DNA of 64,000 nucleotides, taken from the NCBI GenBank assembly GCA_965649765.1, contig OZ287756.1:9858001-9922000 (forward strand), read 5' to 3'. The notes under the pieces are model-generated. The model ran no database searches. It had not been told where the DNA came from and saw nothing but the letters and a program-made list of their open reading frames with translations. The stretch is from Bispira polyomma. Lineage: Eukaryota. Shown here piece after piece: positions 29,201 through 38,035 of this stretch (the first letter of the stretch is position 1; each line of letters opens with the position of its first letter). The position numbers were made by a program, and so were the translations under genes.

Positions 29201-32200
29201 AACACTGCATACAGTCGGTCAAGGTTCTGCAGAGAAACCAGCGGCCCACAGTGAGGAACTTCCACCTTTCCCTTAATAGATAATGAAGTATTAGTAGATA
29301 CTTTATGACAGTGAGAAAGCAATTGTTTATAATAGTTTAGCAAAACATGGAGGCTCCTCCCCTCAAATCTCTTCTTAAGATTTTGAAGTGGTGTTAGTGA
29401 CGTCATATTGGTACCGGCAAACTGCATGCTAGCCGGGAAATACAGTAGAACCTCCCCGTTATCTAAAGCTTTATTTATCGAAATGTTTAATTTTTTTGAA
29501 TGTTTTTTTAAACTATTTAATACTAAAATGGGGCCCTGAGTGGTAAATTTACCTTTTGTTTGACTTAAACATTAGCTCCAGTAGCTGTCATTTCCCTATA
29601 ACTGTAGTAATACTTTATAGTTACCTTCCTCTTTCCAGTATTCCCTAAAGCCCACATTATTTTTATTCAAACCTCAGTACCTAAATTCCAGGACATAATA
29701 TCCTTGTGAGTGAATAGTCTTCCTTATGTTACCCTAACCTGGCTGTTGTAGTCTGATGGAGTTGGTCTGGTGATCAGTAGGTCCCTTCCCCATGACCTAG
29801 TGGTTATAGGGAGTCGGTCTGGTGATCAGTTGGTCCTTTCCCCCGACCCAGTGGTTTAGGGGAGTTGGTCTGGTGATCAATAAGTTCCTTCCCCATGATC
29901 TAGTTGTTATAGGGAGTTGGTATGATGATCAGTAAGTCCCTTCCCCATTACCTAGTGGTTATAGGGAGTCGGTCTGATGATCAGTAAGTCCCTTCCTCAT
30001 TACCTAGTGCTTTAGGGCAGTTGGTCTGGTTATCAGACGGTTCCTTCCCTATGATCTAGTGGTGACAGGGGAGTTGGTCTGGTGATCAGTAGGTCCTTTT
30101 CCCCCTGACCTAGTGGTTAAAGGGAGTTTGTCTGGTGATCAGTAAGTCCCTTCCCTATGACCTAGTGGTTTAGGGGAGTTGGTCTGGTGATCAGTAAGTC
30201 CCTTCCTTATCACCTAGTGATTCAGGGGAGTTGGTCTGGTGATCAGTAAGTCCCTTCCTCATCACCTAGTAGTTTAGGGGAGTTGGTCTGGTGATTAGTA
30301 AGTCTGGTGATCAGTAAGTCCCTTCCCTATTACCTAGTGGTAACAGGGGGTTGGTCTGGTGATCAGACAGTCCCCAGTTTAATGCCTGGTTTGAGAGGTG
30401 GTCTGGTGATCAGTTACTAAGGTCCCTTGTTCATTATCTAGTGGTTTATATGGAGTTGGTTCTGGTGATCAGTTACTAAGGCCCCTTGTCCATGATCCAG
30501 TGGTTTATATGGAGTTGGTTCTGGTGATCAGTAGGTCTCTTCCCCATTATCTAGTGGTTACTGAGTTGGTCTGGTAATGAGTAGGTCCCTTCCCTATGAC
30601 CTAGTGGTTATAGGGAGTTGGTCTGGTGATCAGTAGGTCTCTTTCCTATTATCTAGTGGTTACTGAGTTGGTCTAGTCATGAGTAGGTCCCTTCCCTATG
30701 ACCTAGTGGTTTAGGGGAGTTGGTCTGGTGATCAGACAGTCTGGTTCTGGTGATCAGTAGGTCTCTTCCCCATAATCTAGTGGTTACTGAGTTGGTCTGG
30801 TCATGAGTAGGTCCCTTCCCTATGACCTAGTGGTTAGGGAGTTGGTCTGGTGATCAGAAAGTCCCCGGCTTAATGCCCGTTTGGGAGAGTTGGTCTTGTG
30901 TTCAGAAGCTCCCAGGTTTTACTCTTGGTTGGGTAGTTTTTCTGATAAGGAAGCCCCTGGCTTGATTCCTGGTTGCAGAGTTTGGCTGGTGATCAAAAGG
31001 TCGCTGGTTCGCCTCCCGTTATGACTTGTGGTAACACCATATAATGGTCATTATTGTTGGTGGAATAACATTCTTGGGCAAGATGTGAACATGCCATTGT
31101 CTACTGGTGACAACCAGGTGGCTATGTATTAGGATAATGGGTAATGCTTTTAATCGATTCTGGTGTTACACTTTTAAAAATACCTGGTATCAGTAAGGTA
31201 TATTAGAAAATCAACAGTAGAGTCACAATAGATTGGTTGGGGACATATGATTCTTGAAACCGTCATAGTTTTAAAATTTATTAGAGCTTTCTGTCCACAA
31301 TAATATACAGATGGGATATATCTATAGGGCATGCATTTAGCTTAATATTTAATTAGAAAAATTATGCACTTTTCCTGAAATGATGACTTAATATTTCGAC
31401 TGATCATTTCTGTTTCTTCTATTTTTCCTGTGTACATATAAATCTTGTCGTATTTCTGTGCATTTCAAGGTTGTTTCAACAAAGTTTGTCCATTTATCGT
31501 TTTAAACTATGCCTGCTTTTGTAGATAATGTTACTTATTTGGACAAGGAGGCTTTTTTGGTGTTGTAGAGGCACCATGTACACTGTCACTTCAGCAAGTC
31601 ATGGGTTTATATCTTGACCCTGACTTGTGTTTTTAGTAAAGTTGGCACTCAGGACTTGCTGCAGGCTGGTGGTTTGCGGTTCAGAGATCTTGATCAGCTA
31701 TCTCGTTCTGCTTTCCTTCACCAATATAAGTTGGGCAATAAACCTGCTTCTCTTGATTTAACACACAGTCATTTGAAAAACCCAAAATAAAATATTAAAC
31801 TAACAACATACAGAACAAACCTTTTGATATTGAGCATTAGCTTCCTAATCACTGGCACCTCCCCCAAGAATGTGGGTTCGAATCTTGTTCGTTCCTTTTT
31901 GTTGAAACATTTGTCAGGTACTTGCCATAGACTAGTGGTTTACATTGCCTTAGCACTTGTTTTCTTTCACTGTTTAATCTGGTTGTCCTGTTTTTTTACC
32001 TTAGCAGTTAAAAGCGATTTAAAATATAAAATATTGAAATTTTACAAACTGCCATGCATTTTCTCCCTTTTTCCAGGTATTGTGTCTACGTTTTTACTCA
32101 ATGGTGACTTGGAAGAGTACATTCCTATCTATAATGCCACCCGTATTGGTTATGTGGGCCACGAAATTACTAGTCGAAATTACTTGATAACTCTTATTGT

Positions 32201-35200
32201 AAGTCTTTTTCCACAAGCGGTAAATATGGTATTTGGGTGTCATTTCCGTTTTGTATTTTGGTGGTTACGTACACAAACGCTACGCATGTGTCGCCTGTTA
32301 TAGGATACAGTATTTTTGCTGCAGGGTTAATTTTCTATTTACATGGCTGGGACTTTAAATATTATTTACTTTGTCTTCCTTTGTTGGCTATGGTTGCTTT
32401 CTGTTATCTCTATAATTTTTAATTATGTTATGTGCATGACAGGTGCCAATTGCATTTGATGCTTATGTTTATTTTTGGGGATTTTTCATTTCGCCATTTG
32501 GTTAATTTAATTTGATTATTATTTTTTTGGGAAGGAGGGAAGGGGGGCATGAAAGAGATATTTAGCATGCATTTCAGCATGGAGTTTTATATATTACATT
32601 GTATTATATATCTGACATTTAACTATATATTGCCCTCCCTGCTATGCATACATTTTCATTTATATTGTCCCCAAGAGTTTTTCATTTGCAATATTTTAAA
32701 GAAAGGGTATTTTAAGAGTTCCTCCACAGATTTTAATTACGTATCAGCTTTCTCTGAATTGCATTTATCTCCATTTCAAAAACGAAAAAAATAAGATCTG
32801 CCAAACAAAATAACTTGCAGAGCCTGTACATATGTCACTCACCCCAGGTCACTCACCCCAGGCGTAGTGAACTACCCATTGTGACATAACACACAATATT
32901 TGAAAGCCATGAACATTTTAAATTATGATAATTTTCATCAAACTGTACACTGCAAAGCCATCAATTTTAATATTCATATGTTGATCCAGCTCCATCCTTA
33001 GATTTTAAAGTTGAGTCAAAAGAGGAGTCCAGTTGATGCTTGTTCTCCTGCACCTATCTGATCATTTGCTGCTGATTTGTCCAATTAAGGATTTTTAGGC
33101 CTTGGCATACCTGAATATTGACAGAAGTAACACTTAACTCCACTACGGCATATGTATTTGTGATGAGCAATCTTTGTTTTCATTAAAAAAAGTATGACAT
33201 ATATTACTATGTGTTAACCACAATCATTGATCCTTCACCGATGCAGGTTTAGATCCTGTTCGTTCCTTCATGTGGAAAAGTTTTGTCAGGTACTTGCCAT
33301 AGGTCGGTTTCTTCCATCATTGAATCTGGTCGTCCTGAAGTGACCTAAGCTGTTAAAGATATTGACGTTAAAAACACAAACTAAATTCAAATACAATGTG
33401 TTGAACCTTTTTTTCCATTTCAGCCGTGCTAGCATTTTACTTCTTTAGCGGAGACCTGGCATCTGCCATCCCAGTCAGTAGTATTACTGACTATATAGAA
33501 GAATACACGCCTGAACTCAACTATTACCTCACCCCTGTCATAGTAAGTATATGGCTCGGCCAAACTGATTGGCTGAAACGATAGCCTGTCACAAGGAATC
33601 TGATTGGCTGAGACCTAAAAGGGATGAAAAATGCTTGTAAATATGAACTCAAAGTGTCTTTTATAAAGACATGGCATCTGAGTAAAGTGTGTCTGTATCT
33701 CGTGCATGCTAGAATTTCCTATGGACAGAACTTACCTGTGTTCATCTAACTCTGGAAACTTTATATTTACAATAACTTCTGGGGTGTTGTGTTTATCGAA
33801 GGCCTTGAACTTATACTTGAACAAAAACTAGATTAATACACAACATATAAATTATTTCCTTAATTAATGTATTGGAAAAAACCTACTTCTGTAACCCTGC
33901 GCATTATGGGCATAGGGGCGCATTATGGGCATAGGGGCGCAATATGGGCATACTCAAAATGTATGTCTAATTTGGTATATTTTTCCAGATGAATGTTTGT
34001 ATTATTTAATTATATTATTTACAGCAAATGTTTACAATATTAAGCCACTGAACACCAACCCATTACTGACCAAATTAGGAAGTTATTTAAAAAAAATCTT
34101 GGTATGCCCATATTGTGCCCCTATGCCCATAATGAGCAGGGTAGCAGTGAACATGTTACCATTTTTGTGAGTGGTTTAAATCAGTAACACAACATACATG
34201 ATTACATGAAAATTATCGCCGGGAACTTAAGATCTTTTTCATGTAATAGGTCATCCAATAACGAAGTCATGTATCATTTTTAAAATTTAAACTCTCCTGT
34301 ACTAACAATTTCCTATTGCAAGGAACTAAAGGAAAATAATATTTGTGGGGTGTTGAGTGCTTGCTAACAAAATAGGAGTTTAAACGGTTAAACGTTATAA
34401 CCCTAAATTAGTTAACTTAATTGACCGTGCAGTAGTTCAGCTATCTTTAATTGTTTAGTAACCCAACATCAAAGGCACTCAACGTAGCGCATATCTCTGT
34501 GGAGGCCAACAATACCAAGAAGGGGAAAAACAAAATTCTTTGATTCATTTCTTCTATCTGAATCCACTGACAAAAAAAAAACTTAACATTGACCATCCCT
34601 CAATCAAATTTTAAATAAATCTGTTGATAGTGTTTGTGTAATCATGGTGATACCATCAAATCAAACAATGAACATAATAAAATAATAATTGTCATTTTTC
34701 TCTCAATTAAATTGTTATTGCCTAAAAGCTAATTATAAGTACCCAGTACTTCTTGGTGTACACATTGCAATGATGGGCTAAATTTTACAGTGCATAATAA
34801 CAGTCATATAACAATTATATGTTGGAATATAAATTCTATAACCTAGAAAGGCATTCAGTAGAGTGAAGAGTTCGGCCAACATGACACAAATCCTCGATTC
34901 AACCTTGTTTGTTGAATCTGCTTAAAATGTTTAAAATGTTAATTTGCAATATTTGATCAATATACTGGTCCATTTGGTGTGTCATTTTGTTTTCAGTACC
35001 ACAAATATTTGTGTTAAAATATCAATGCTTCTCAGAAATATTTCAAACATATAAATTCAGGGTGGACCTTTAACCTTATAACTGTTAGTGGGGATTTAAC
35101 TATTACAGTACCTGAGTATCATAGATAACTTGCATAATATTATATTATATATTCCTTCTAGCATCTGAATGCTTCCACATTATTTCAATATGTACAATTT

Positions 35201-38035
35201 ACAACTTGTTTTTATCAATAATCACTTTTAATTGACCTTTTAATAGATTGTTTGTACATATCATTTGTACGTATTGGTTTCTGTTCAGTTTCATAGTGGT
35301 GTCAGTTTTATTATTGTTTTACTGGTGGAGAAATTAATTACAATTTTCCACCTTAGCCGTCACAACCATCTACGGTAGTCTCCCTGGTTACGACTTCCAT
35401 CCGCCCACTATTTTTTGATTTGCGATTAACGTTTTGGGTTTGTTGCGCCTTAGAATTTGTTGTACAAAGATTAAGCGCTATAAAAGTACGACTAGATTAG
35501 ATTAGATTACAATTGTAATATAATTTTAGCCTTTTAACAAAACCCAGATAAATTGTCTATTCACACAGTCGTGTCTTTGCTGGTAATGTTGCATTGAGAG
35601 TCATTTAGCAGGACATTTTCATCTATTAATTAGATATGATGTATATGTTAAGTTGTACATATGATATTGAAGTTAATCAATAAATTAGTAATGTGTTGAA
35701 GTTACGTGATAAATGATTGGCCTTTTTAAACTGTTATAGCTTCTACATATAATTGTGCATAGAATTGTAAACGTGTTATTACCCTTTTTATACAATAAAG
35801 GGACATTGTGGCACCAAAGTTTAAACCTGATTAGCTTCTCAGTTTTATTAAAAAAAATGTTTTACAACTATTTTACCTCAGATATTAGGTATTTTATGGT
35901 TGTAGAAGTTATGCAGCCTATATTTACCAAACAGATTTGTACCAAATTTTCAAAAATATTTTTTACTATAAATCTGGAATATGTTTCTATCTTAATTGAA
36001 TTACAGTTTTTCTTTTCAGAGCTCGTAGTTATAAAGAAATATTTACCACTAAAACAGGTTAACAAATTTGTATCATAATCTTAGGAAGTACTTTCTGACA
36101 ATGAAACCTGGAGCTGATTTGATTTTCTACCTTAATTGACGGAAAATTAACCCCTTCAGCACAAATGTTATGTACAGATTTTAGGAAATAATTGTAGTGT
36201 TTAAAAATAGAACACAATACAATAATTAGAATAGAAGTGTAGCTATTTAAAAGTAATCTTAAACCAGTAAAACAATGCTGAAAATATCAAACAATAAATC
36301 CTATACAATGTCTGTGCTAGGTGTTTCAGTTTAGTGTTTCAGTGTCTAACAGAGGTTTAATATATGTATATATAGCTATTTATAAGTACACAAAATACTT
36401 AGTTTCAGCCAGTAGTTGCCAAATTCAGCCAGTAGTTTTCTGTCTCTCTTTAAAATATTAAGAAATAATAGGTTCATCAAATAGAAGACAGCATTTTGGT
36501 ACAAAACAAATAGGAAATTGAAATGGAATTTTTTAAGTTATAAACATTTGGATAATAGATGATTTACTGGGGTCGTGGTGGCCTAGTGATTAGCAAGCAT
36601 TGCACTTCACAATCACAATGGTCTCTCACCTCTGGGCGGCGTGAGTTCGAATCCCGTCGATGCCTATGTGGGAAAAGCGGTAGTTCCTTACTGTGGGCCG
36701 CTGGTTTCTCTGCAGAACCTTGATCAACTGTATGCAGTGTTTCCTCCAGCGTTTCCAACTACCCGTCTCAATATAACCTAAACAGGTACAAGAGTGGACG
36801 TTAAATATCCCAATTCAAATTCAAATAGACGATTTACTGTATATCTTGTGTAGTTAAAAATACATGTACACAAAGTACTTAGGGTCAACCAGTCGTTAAA
36901 TAACGTTTTCTGTCTCTCTGTAAAAGATATAAGAGATTCTGAACTAAATCCCAGTGTGTGTTATATTCCAGATTATTGGTGTTGGTTCCTTTGTGATAGC
37001 TTCAGGCTTCTTTTCAGTCTACAGTATGGGAGTGGACACTCTCTTCCTCTGCTTCTGTGAGTACTTTTATTCCTCATCAATATAAAAATAAAAAATGCAA
37101 ACGAGGGTTTGATTGTATTGTTTTGTATTATGGATTTTTTAACGAGCCTTATTAATGCGAGGCATCTTCTAAAGTGCAACAACAGAATTAGTCAACCAAT
37201 GGAGAAATCTGAAAACATAGCAAAGTCGTAAGGAAGAATGTGGGGGTCATTGATGTCATGAAACCTGAACCGCTGAGTCCATTAATTCAACCCCAGAGAT
37301 TGTTTAAGATGTGCATGTTACACTTTGTTAAAGTATTTAATTTTATTCTAATAACAGACAATTCTCACCTGAAATGTATTGATACAATATCACAACCCGT
37401 TGTTATGGCTGTTCCATCATATAAACATACATAAGTTTGCAAAACAAACGCTATTCCAAATTTTCTGAAAAAACTTTTTATTTCTTTGTTAGTCAATAGA
37501 TTATTTAATACAAGAAGGTATGCCTTTTGGTAAGGGAGTTGGTCTGGTTATCAGAAGTTTCCCGATTCTCACAAAATAGTCTGGGTCAACATCAGTAGGC
37601 AATCGTATGTTCACATCTTGCCCAATGATATTATCTCACCGATGAACTTAACAGCATCAGGACGAGTCGAACTGGGAACCTTCCATTTAGAAGCCTAACT
37701 GGCCCAACCTGGAATTGAACCAAGGAAATTTTGATCTCCAAACCAAGTCCCCCAGCCTGGAATTGCACTGAGAACCTTCTGATCACTATTATACCAACTC
37801 CTGCTACCTGAAATTGAACCGTGGACTTTCTGATCACCAAACCAACTCCCTAACCATTAGGCCACATGGGAAGCCACTAATCTAATCTAACCTGTTCCTT
37901 TTACATGTATTTTCAGTGGAAGATCTTGAGAGAAATGATGGTTCTGCAGAGAAACCTTACTACATGAGTAAAGAACTCATGAAGATTCTGGGCAAGAAGA
38001 ACGATCCCGAAGTGGCGAAAGCTAAAAAGGAATAA
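2219..38035 (+). CDS. SLC44A2: Choline transporter-like protein gene (SLC44/CTL family, SLC44A2/A4/A5 clade), 5'-partial, multi-exon, with three clusters of alternative exons
   Basis: Spliced translation gives family hallmarks in the correct order: [128 protein letters not shown] and a stop at 38033-38035. All introns are GT-AG with matching phases. The symbol is the nearest vertebrate name; an invertebrate gene would be co-orthologous to A2/A4/A5. Confidence 0.95.
3530..4115 (+). mobile_element. Penelope-like retroelement relic (GIY-YIG endonuclease end)
   Basis: [30 protein letters not shown]...PVSRHF is the PLE-type GIY-YIG signature. It is preceded by a decayed linker ([17 protein letters not shown]) with frameshifts. 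Confidence 0.85.
4320..4398 (+). CDS. SLC44A2: SLC44 exon: (A)[25 protein letters not shown](E)
   Basis: ctacag|CC...TTTGA|gtaagt; conserved YPTDS.G..CG motif. Confidence 0.95.
5309..5396 (+). CDS. SLC44A2: SLC44 exon: [29 protein letters not shown]
   Basis: ttcag|A...CCTCAG|gtactg; ends in phase 0. Confidence 0.95.
5575..5820 (+). mobile_element. tRNA-derived SINE, family 2
   Basis: tRNA head (tagtggttaga...gggttcgaatccc), body gtttgtcaggtacttgc..ggtcggtggttt, tail gctgttgaaagtgac..aaattcaaa. Other copies lie near 11815-12030, 13325-13520, 19082-19240, 19500-19620, 25065-25275, 31830-32040, 33215-33395, 42795-42940, 45560-45790 and 57725-57935 (-). Confidence 0.8.
6662..6709 (+). pseudogene. 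Decayed partial duplicate of alternative exon A1 ([15 protein letters not shown])
   Basis: An approximately 82 bp tandem duplication of the A1 acceptor and exon start. The cag acceptor is intact, with an in-frame TAG at 6698-6700. Confidence 0.85.
6744..6887 (+). CDS. SLC44A2: SLC44 alternative exon A1: [48 protein letters not shown]
   Basis: ctgtcag|GTG...AACAAG|gtagca; 144 nt, phase 0-0, open; CV..CP...C pattern. Confidence 0.9.
8661..8798 (+). CDS. SLC44A2: SLC44 alternative exon A2: [46 protein letters not shown]
   Basis: gattag|ATC...TCTAAG|gtaaaa; 138 nt, phase 0-0, open; shares SDKSGR..M.CK with A1. Confidence 0.9.
8858..9094. mobile_element. Fold-back MITE (internally deleted copy)
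   Basis: Starts TAGGGTAAGGAATCTAAAAT and ends with a degenerate ATTCCTTTCTCTA; same family as 11254-11659. Confidence 0.75.
9982..10139. mobile_element. Tc1/mariner-type MITE (TA TSD)
   Basis: ta|CAGTCAAACCCCCTTTAAGT...ACTTAAAGGGGTTTAACTG|ta; relatives near 28640, 41155-41300 and 44180. Confidence 0.8.
10187..10358. mobile_element. MITE
   Basis: TACCCTAAACTCTCTC...GAGAGAGTTTAGGGTA inverted termini. Confidence 0.8.
10606..11020. mobile_element. Harbinger-like MITE
   Basis: taa|AGCCTTGTTTCCATGC...GCATGGAAACGGGGCT|tta; a related terminal fragment lies near 18955-19000. Confidence 0.65.
11109..11225 (+). CDS. SLC44A2: SLC44 alternative exon A3: [39 protein letters not shown]
   Basis: tattag|GTG...TCAAAG|gtaaac; 117 nt, phase 0-0, open; three Cys, YF.W and VDP..SSK are shared with A2. 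Confidence 0.87.
11254..11659. mobile_element. Fold-back MITE
   Basis: TIRs TAGAGTAAGGAATCTAAAAT / ATTTTAGATTCCTTACTCTA. Confidence 0.85.
11815..12030 (+). mobile_element. tRNA-derived SINE, family 2
   Basis: Same head, body and tail as the 5575 copy. Confidence 0.8.
12363..12423 (+). CDS. SLC44A2: SLC44 exon: [20 protein letters not shown](L)
   Basis: atatag|TCA...GCTT|gtaagt; phase 0 to phase 1. Confidence 0.92.
12470..12780 (+). mobile_element. 3' fragment of an L2/CR1-group LINE
   Basis: ORF 12434..12718 contains [20 protein letters not shown], typical of the L2 ORF2 C-terminus. Confidence 0.75.
12870..13115 (-). mobile_element. tRNA-derived SINE, family 3
   Basis: Reverse strand reads GACTAGTGGTTAGGGAGTTGATCTAATGATCAGAAGGTACCGGGTTCTACTC...GAGCAAGATGTG. 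Relatives lie at 13135-13310, 26525-27075 (split by an L2 fragment), 30825-31110 and 37575-37865 (-). Confidence 0.72.
13618..13753 (+). CDS. SLC44A2: SLC44 exon: (L)[44 protein letters not shown](K)
   Basis: ttccag|TG...ACTAA|gtgagt; GRC.P motif. Confidence 0.92.
14620..14900 (+). mobile_element. Old CORE-like SINE with an L2-type tail
   Basis: gtgtacccttggacaagg...ctccagccaggtgtatcaatggttac resembles the CORE domain; ends in aagcactatataaatgca. Confidence 0.55.
15200..15283 (+). CDS. SLC44A2: SLC44 exon: [27 protein letters not shown](I)
   Basis: tctcag|A...ATCAT|gtaagt; phase 2-2. Confidence 0.93.
15704..15966. mobile_element. Non-autonomous DNA element with hAT-like termini
   Basis: CAGGGGCGAAGCCA...TGGCTACTCCCCTG; ACTGT on both flanks. 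Confidence 0.6.
16506..16618 (+). CDS. SLC44A2: SLC44 alternative exon B1 (TM2-TM3): [37 protein letters not shown]
   Basis: ttttcag|T...TTTG|gtaaga; 113 nt, phase 2-1, open; LMRWLA motif; branch-like gctgac upstream. Confidence 0.88.
17812..18052. mobile_element. MITE (TA-flanked)
   Basis: TACAAGGGTGGACAGCTTAGCGG...CCGCTAAGCTGTCCACCCCTGTA; second copy at about 40115-40345. Confidence 0.8.
18395..18835 (+). repeat. Tandem repeat of about 105 bp containing copies of the B2 splice acceptor
   Basis: ctccag|tggcctggtg (18490), ctctag|tggtctggtt (18594), ctacaa|tggcctggtg (18700), and the true site ctccag|tggtctggtg (18807). Confidence 0.88.
18808..18920 (+). CDS. SLC44A2: SLC44 alternative exon B2 (TM2-TM3): [37 protein letters not shown]
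   Basis: ctccag|T...TTCA|gtaagt; 113 nt, same length and phases as B1; closer to the family consensus ([10 protein letters not shown]). Confidence 0.93.
20254..20376 (+). CDS. SLC44A2: SLC44 exon: [40 protein letters not shown](G)
   Basis: ttacag|CC...CTAG|gtaagt; F.TNL..YL....TWL motif. Confidence 0.94.
20702..20950 (+). mobile_element. tRNA-derived SINE, family 1 (young, about 250 bp)
   Basis: A box GGTGGCCTAGTGGTTAG, B box GTTTGAATCC, shared tail GAGTGGACGTTAAATATCC; closely similar copies at 22285, 36568, 44981 and a partial reverse copy at 29118-29272. Confidence 0.85.
20965..21330 (-). mobile_element. 3' fragment of an L2/CR1-group LINE
   Basis: ORF 21046..21261 (-) contains [15 protein letters not shown]; same family as the 12470 copy. 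Confidence 0.72.
22160..22259 (+). CDS. SLC44A2: SLC44 exon: [33 protein letters not shown](R)
   Basis: ttctag|GT...AGCAG|gtaggt. Confidence 0.95.
22285..22540 (+). mobile_element. tRNA-derived SINE, family 1
   Basis: Closely matches the 20702 copy; internal caactacccgtcc present three times. Confidence 0.85.
23350..23631 (+). CDS. SLC44A2: SLC44 exon: [37 protein letters not shown]...[21 protein letters not shown](E)
   Basis: ccatag|G...GATGA|gtaagt; overlaps ORF 23363..23635. Confidence 0.95.
24517..24693 (+). CDS. SLC44A2: SLC44 exon: [58 protein letters not shown](R)
   Basis: ttccag|G...CTAAG|gtatag; highly conserved family segment. Confidence 0.96.
25363..25604. mobile_element. Young MITE with near-perfect TIRs of about 50 bp and a CAG TSD (PIF/Harbinger-like)
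   Basis: cag|GGCCCGTATTCTCGAACGTATACTCAGCTTAAACTCATACTCAACTCAAA ... reverse complement ...GAATACCGGCC|cag. Confidence 0.85.
26356..26484 (+). CDS. SLC44A2: SLC44 exon: [42 protein letters not shown](K)
   Basis: tttcag|G...ATCAA|gtaagt. Confidence 0.96.
27771..27840 (+). CDS. SLC44A2: SLC44 exon: [23 protein letters not shown]
   Basis: tttcag|A...CTG|gtaatt. Confidence 0.96.
28065..28138 (+). CDS. SLC44A2: SLC44 exon: [24 protein letters not shown](R)
   Basis: tttaag|ACG...GTCAG|gtaatt. Confidence 0.95.
28526..28596 (+). CDS. SLC44A2: SLC44 exon: [23 protein letters not shown]
   Basis: ttttag|A...GTCT|gtaagt; ends in phase 1. Confidence 0.95.
29755..30860 (+). repeat. Minisatellite of about 50-52 bp, roughly 20 units, derived from the tRNA head of SINE family 3
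   Basis: Unit is approximately GACCTAGTGGTTATAGGGAGTTGGTCTGGTGATCAGTAGGTCCCTTCCCCAT; the array runs directly into a SINE body at about 30860-31110. Confidence 0.9.
32077..32198 (+). CDS. SLC44A2: SLC44 alternative exon C1: (C)[40 protein letters not shown]
   Basis: ttccag|GT...ATT|gtaagt; 122 nt, phase 1-0, open; GDL...IP aligns with C2. Confidence 0.83.
33424..33542 (+). CDS. SLC44A2: SLC44 alternative exon C2: (S)[39 protein letters not shown]
   Basis: tttcag|CC...ATA|gtaagt; 119 nt, phase 1-0; canonical P.LNYY..P motif. Confidence 0.93.
33894..34143. mobile_element. MITE
   Basis: ACCCTGCGCATTATGGGCATAGGGGC...GCCCCTATGCCCATAATGAGCAGGGT inverted termini. Confidence 0.8.
36568..36825 (+). 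mobile_element. tRNA-derived SINE, family 1
   Basis: Full-length copy with A/B boxes and (aattca)n tail. Confidence 0.85.
36972..37056 (+). CDS. SLC44A2: SLC44 exon: [28 protein letters not shown](L)
   Basis: ttccag|ATT...TTCT|gtgagt. Confidence 0.96.
37917..38035 (+). CDS. SLC44A2: SLC44 last coding exon: (L)[38 protein letters not shown]
   Basis: tttcag|TG...GAA TAA; [14 protein letters not shown] hallmark. Confidence 0.96.

Noticed and set aside
29755-30860. CRISPR-like array or tRNA gene cluster
   Set aside because: Eukaryotic intron with no unique spacers and no cas genes. Units are half tRNA-like SINE heads with no acceptor stem or T arm.
6744-33542. Extra exons as remains of a second SLC44 gene or an assembly duplication
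   Set aside because: Only three exon positions are multiplied, the copies are highly diverged yet intact, and their flanking introns are not duplicated.
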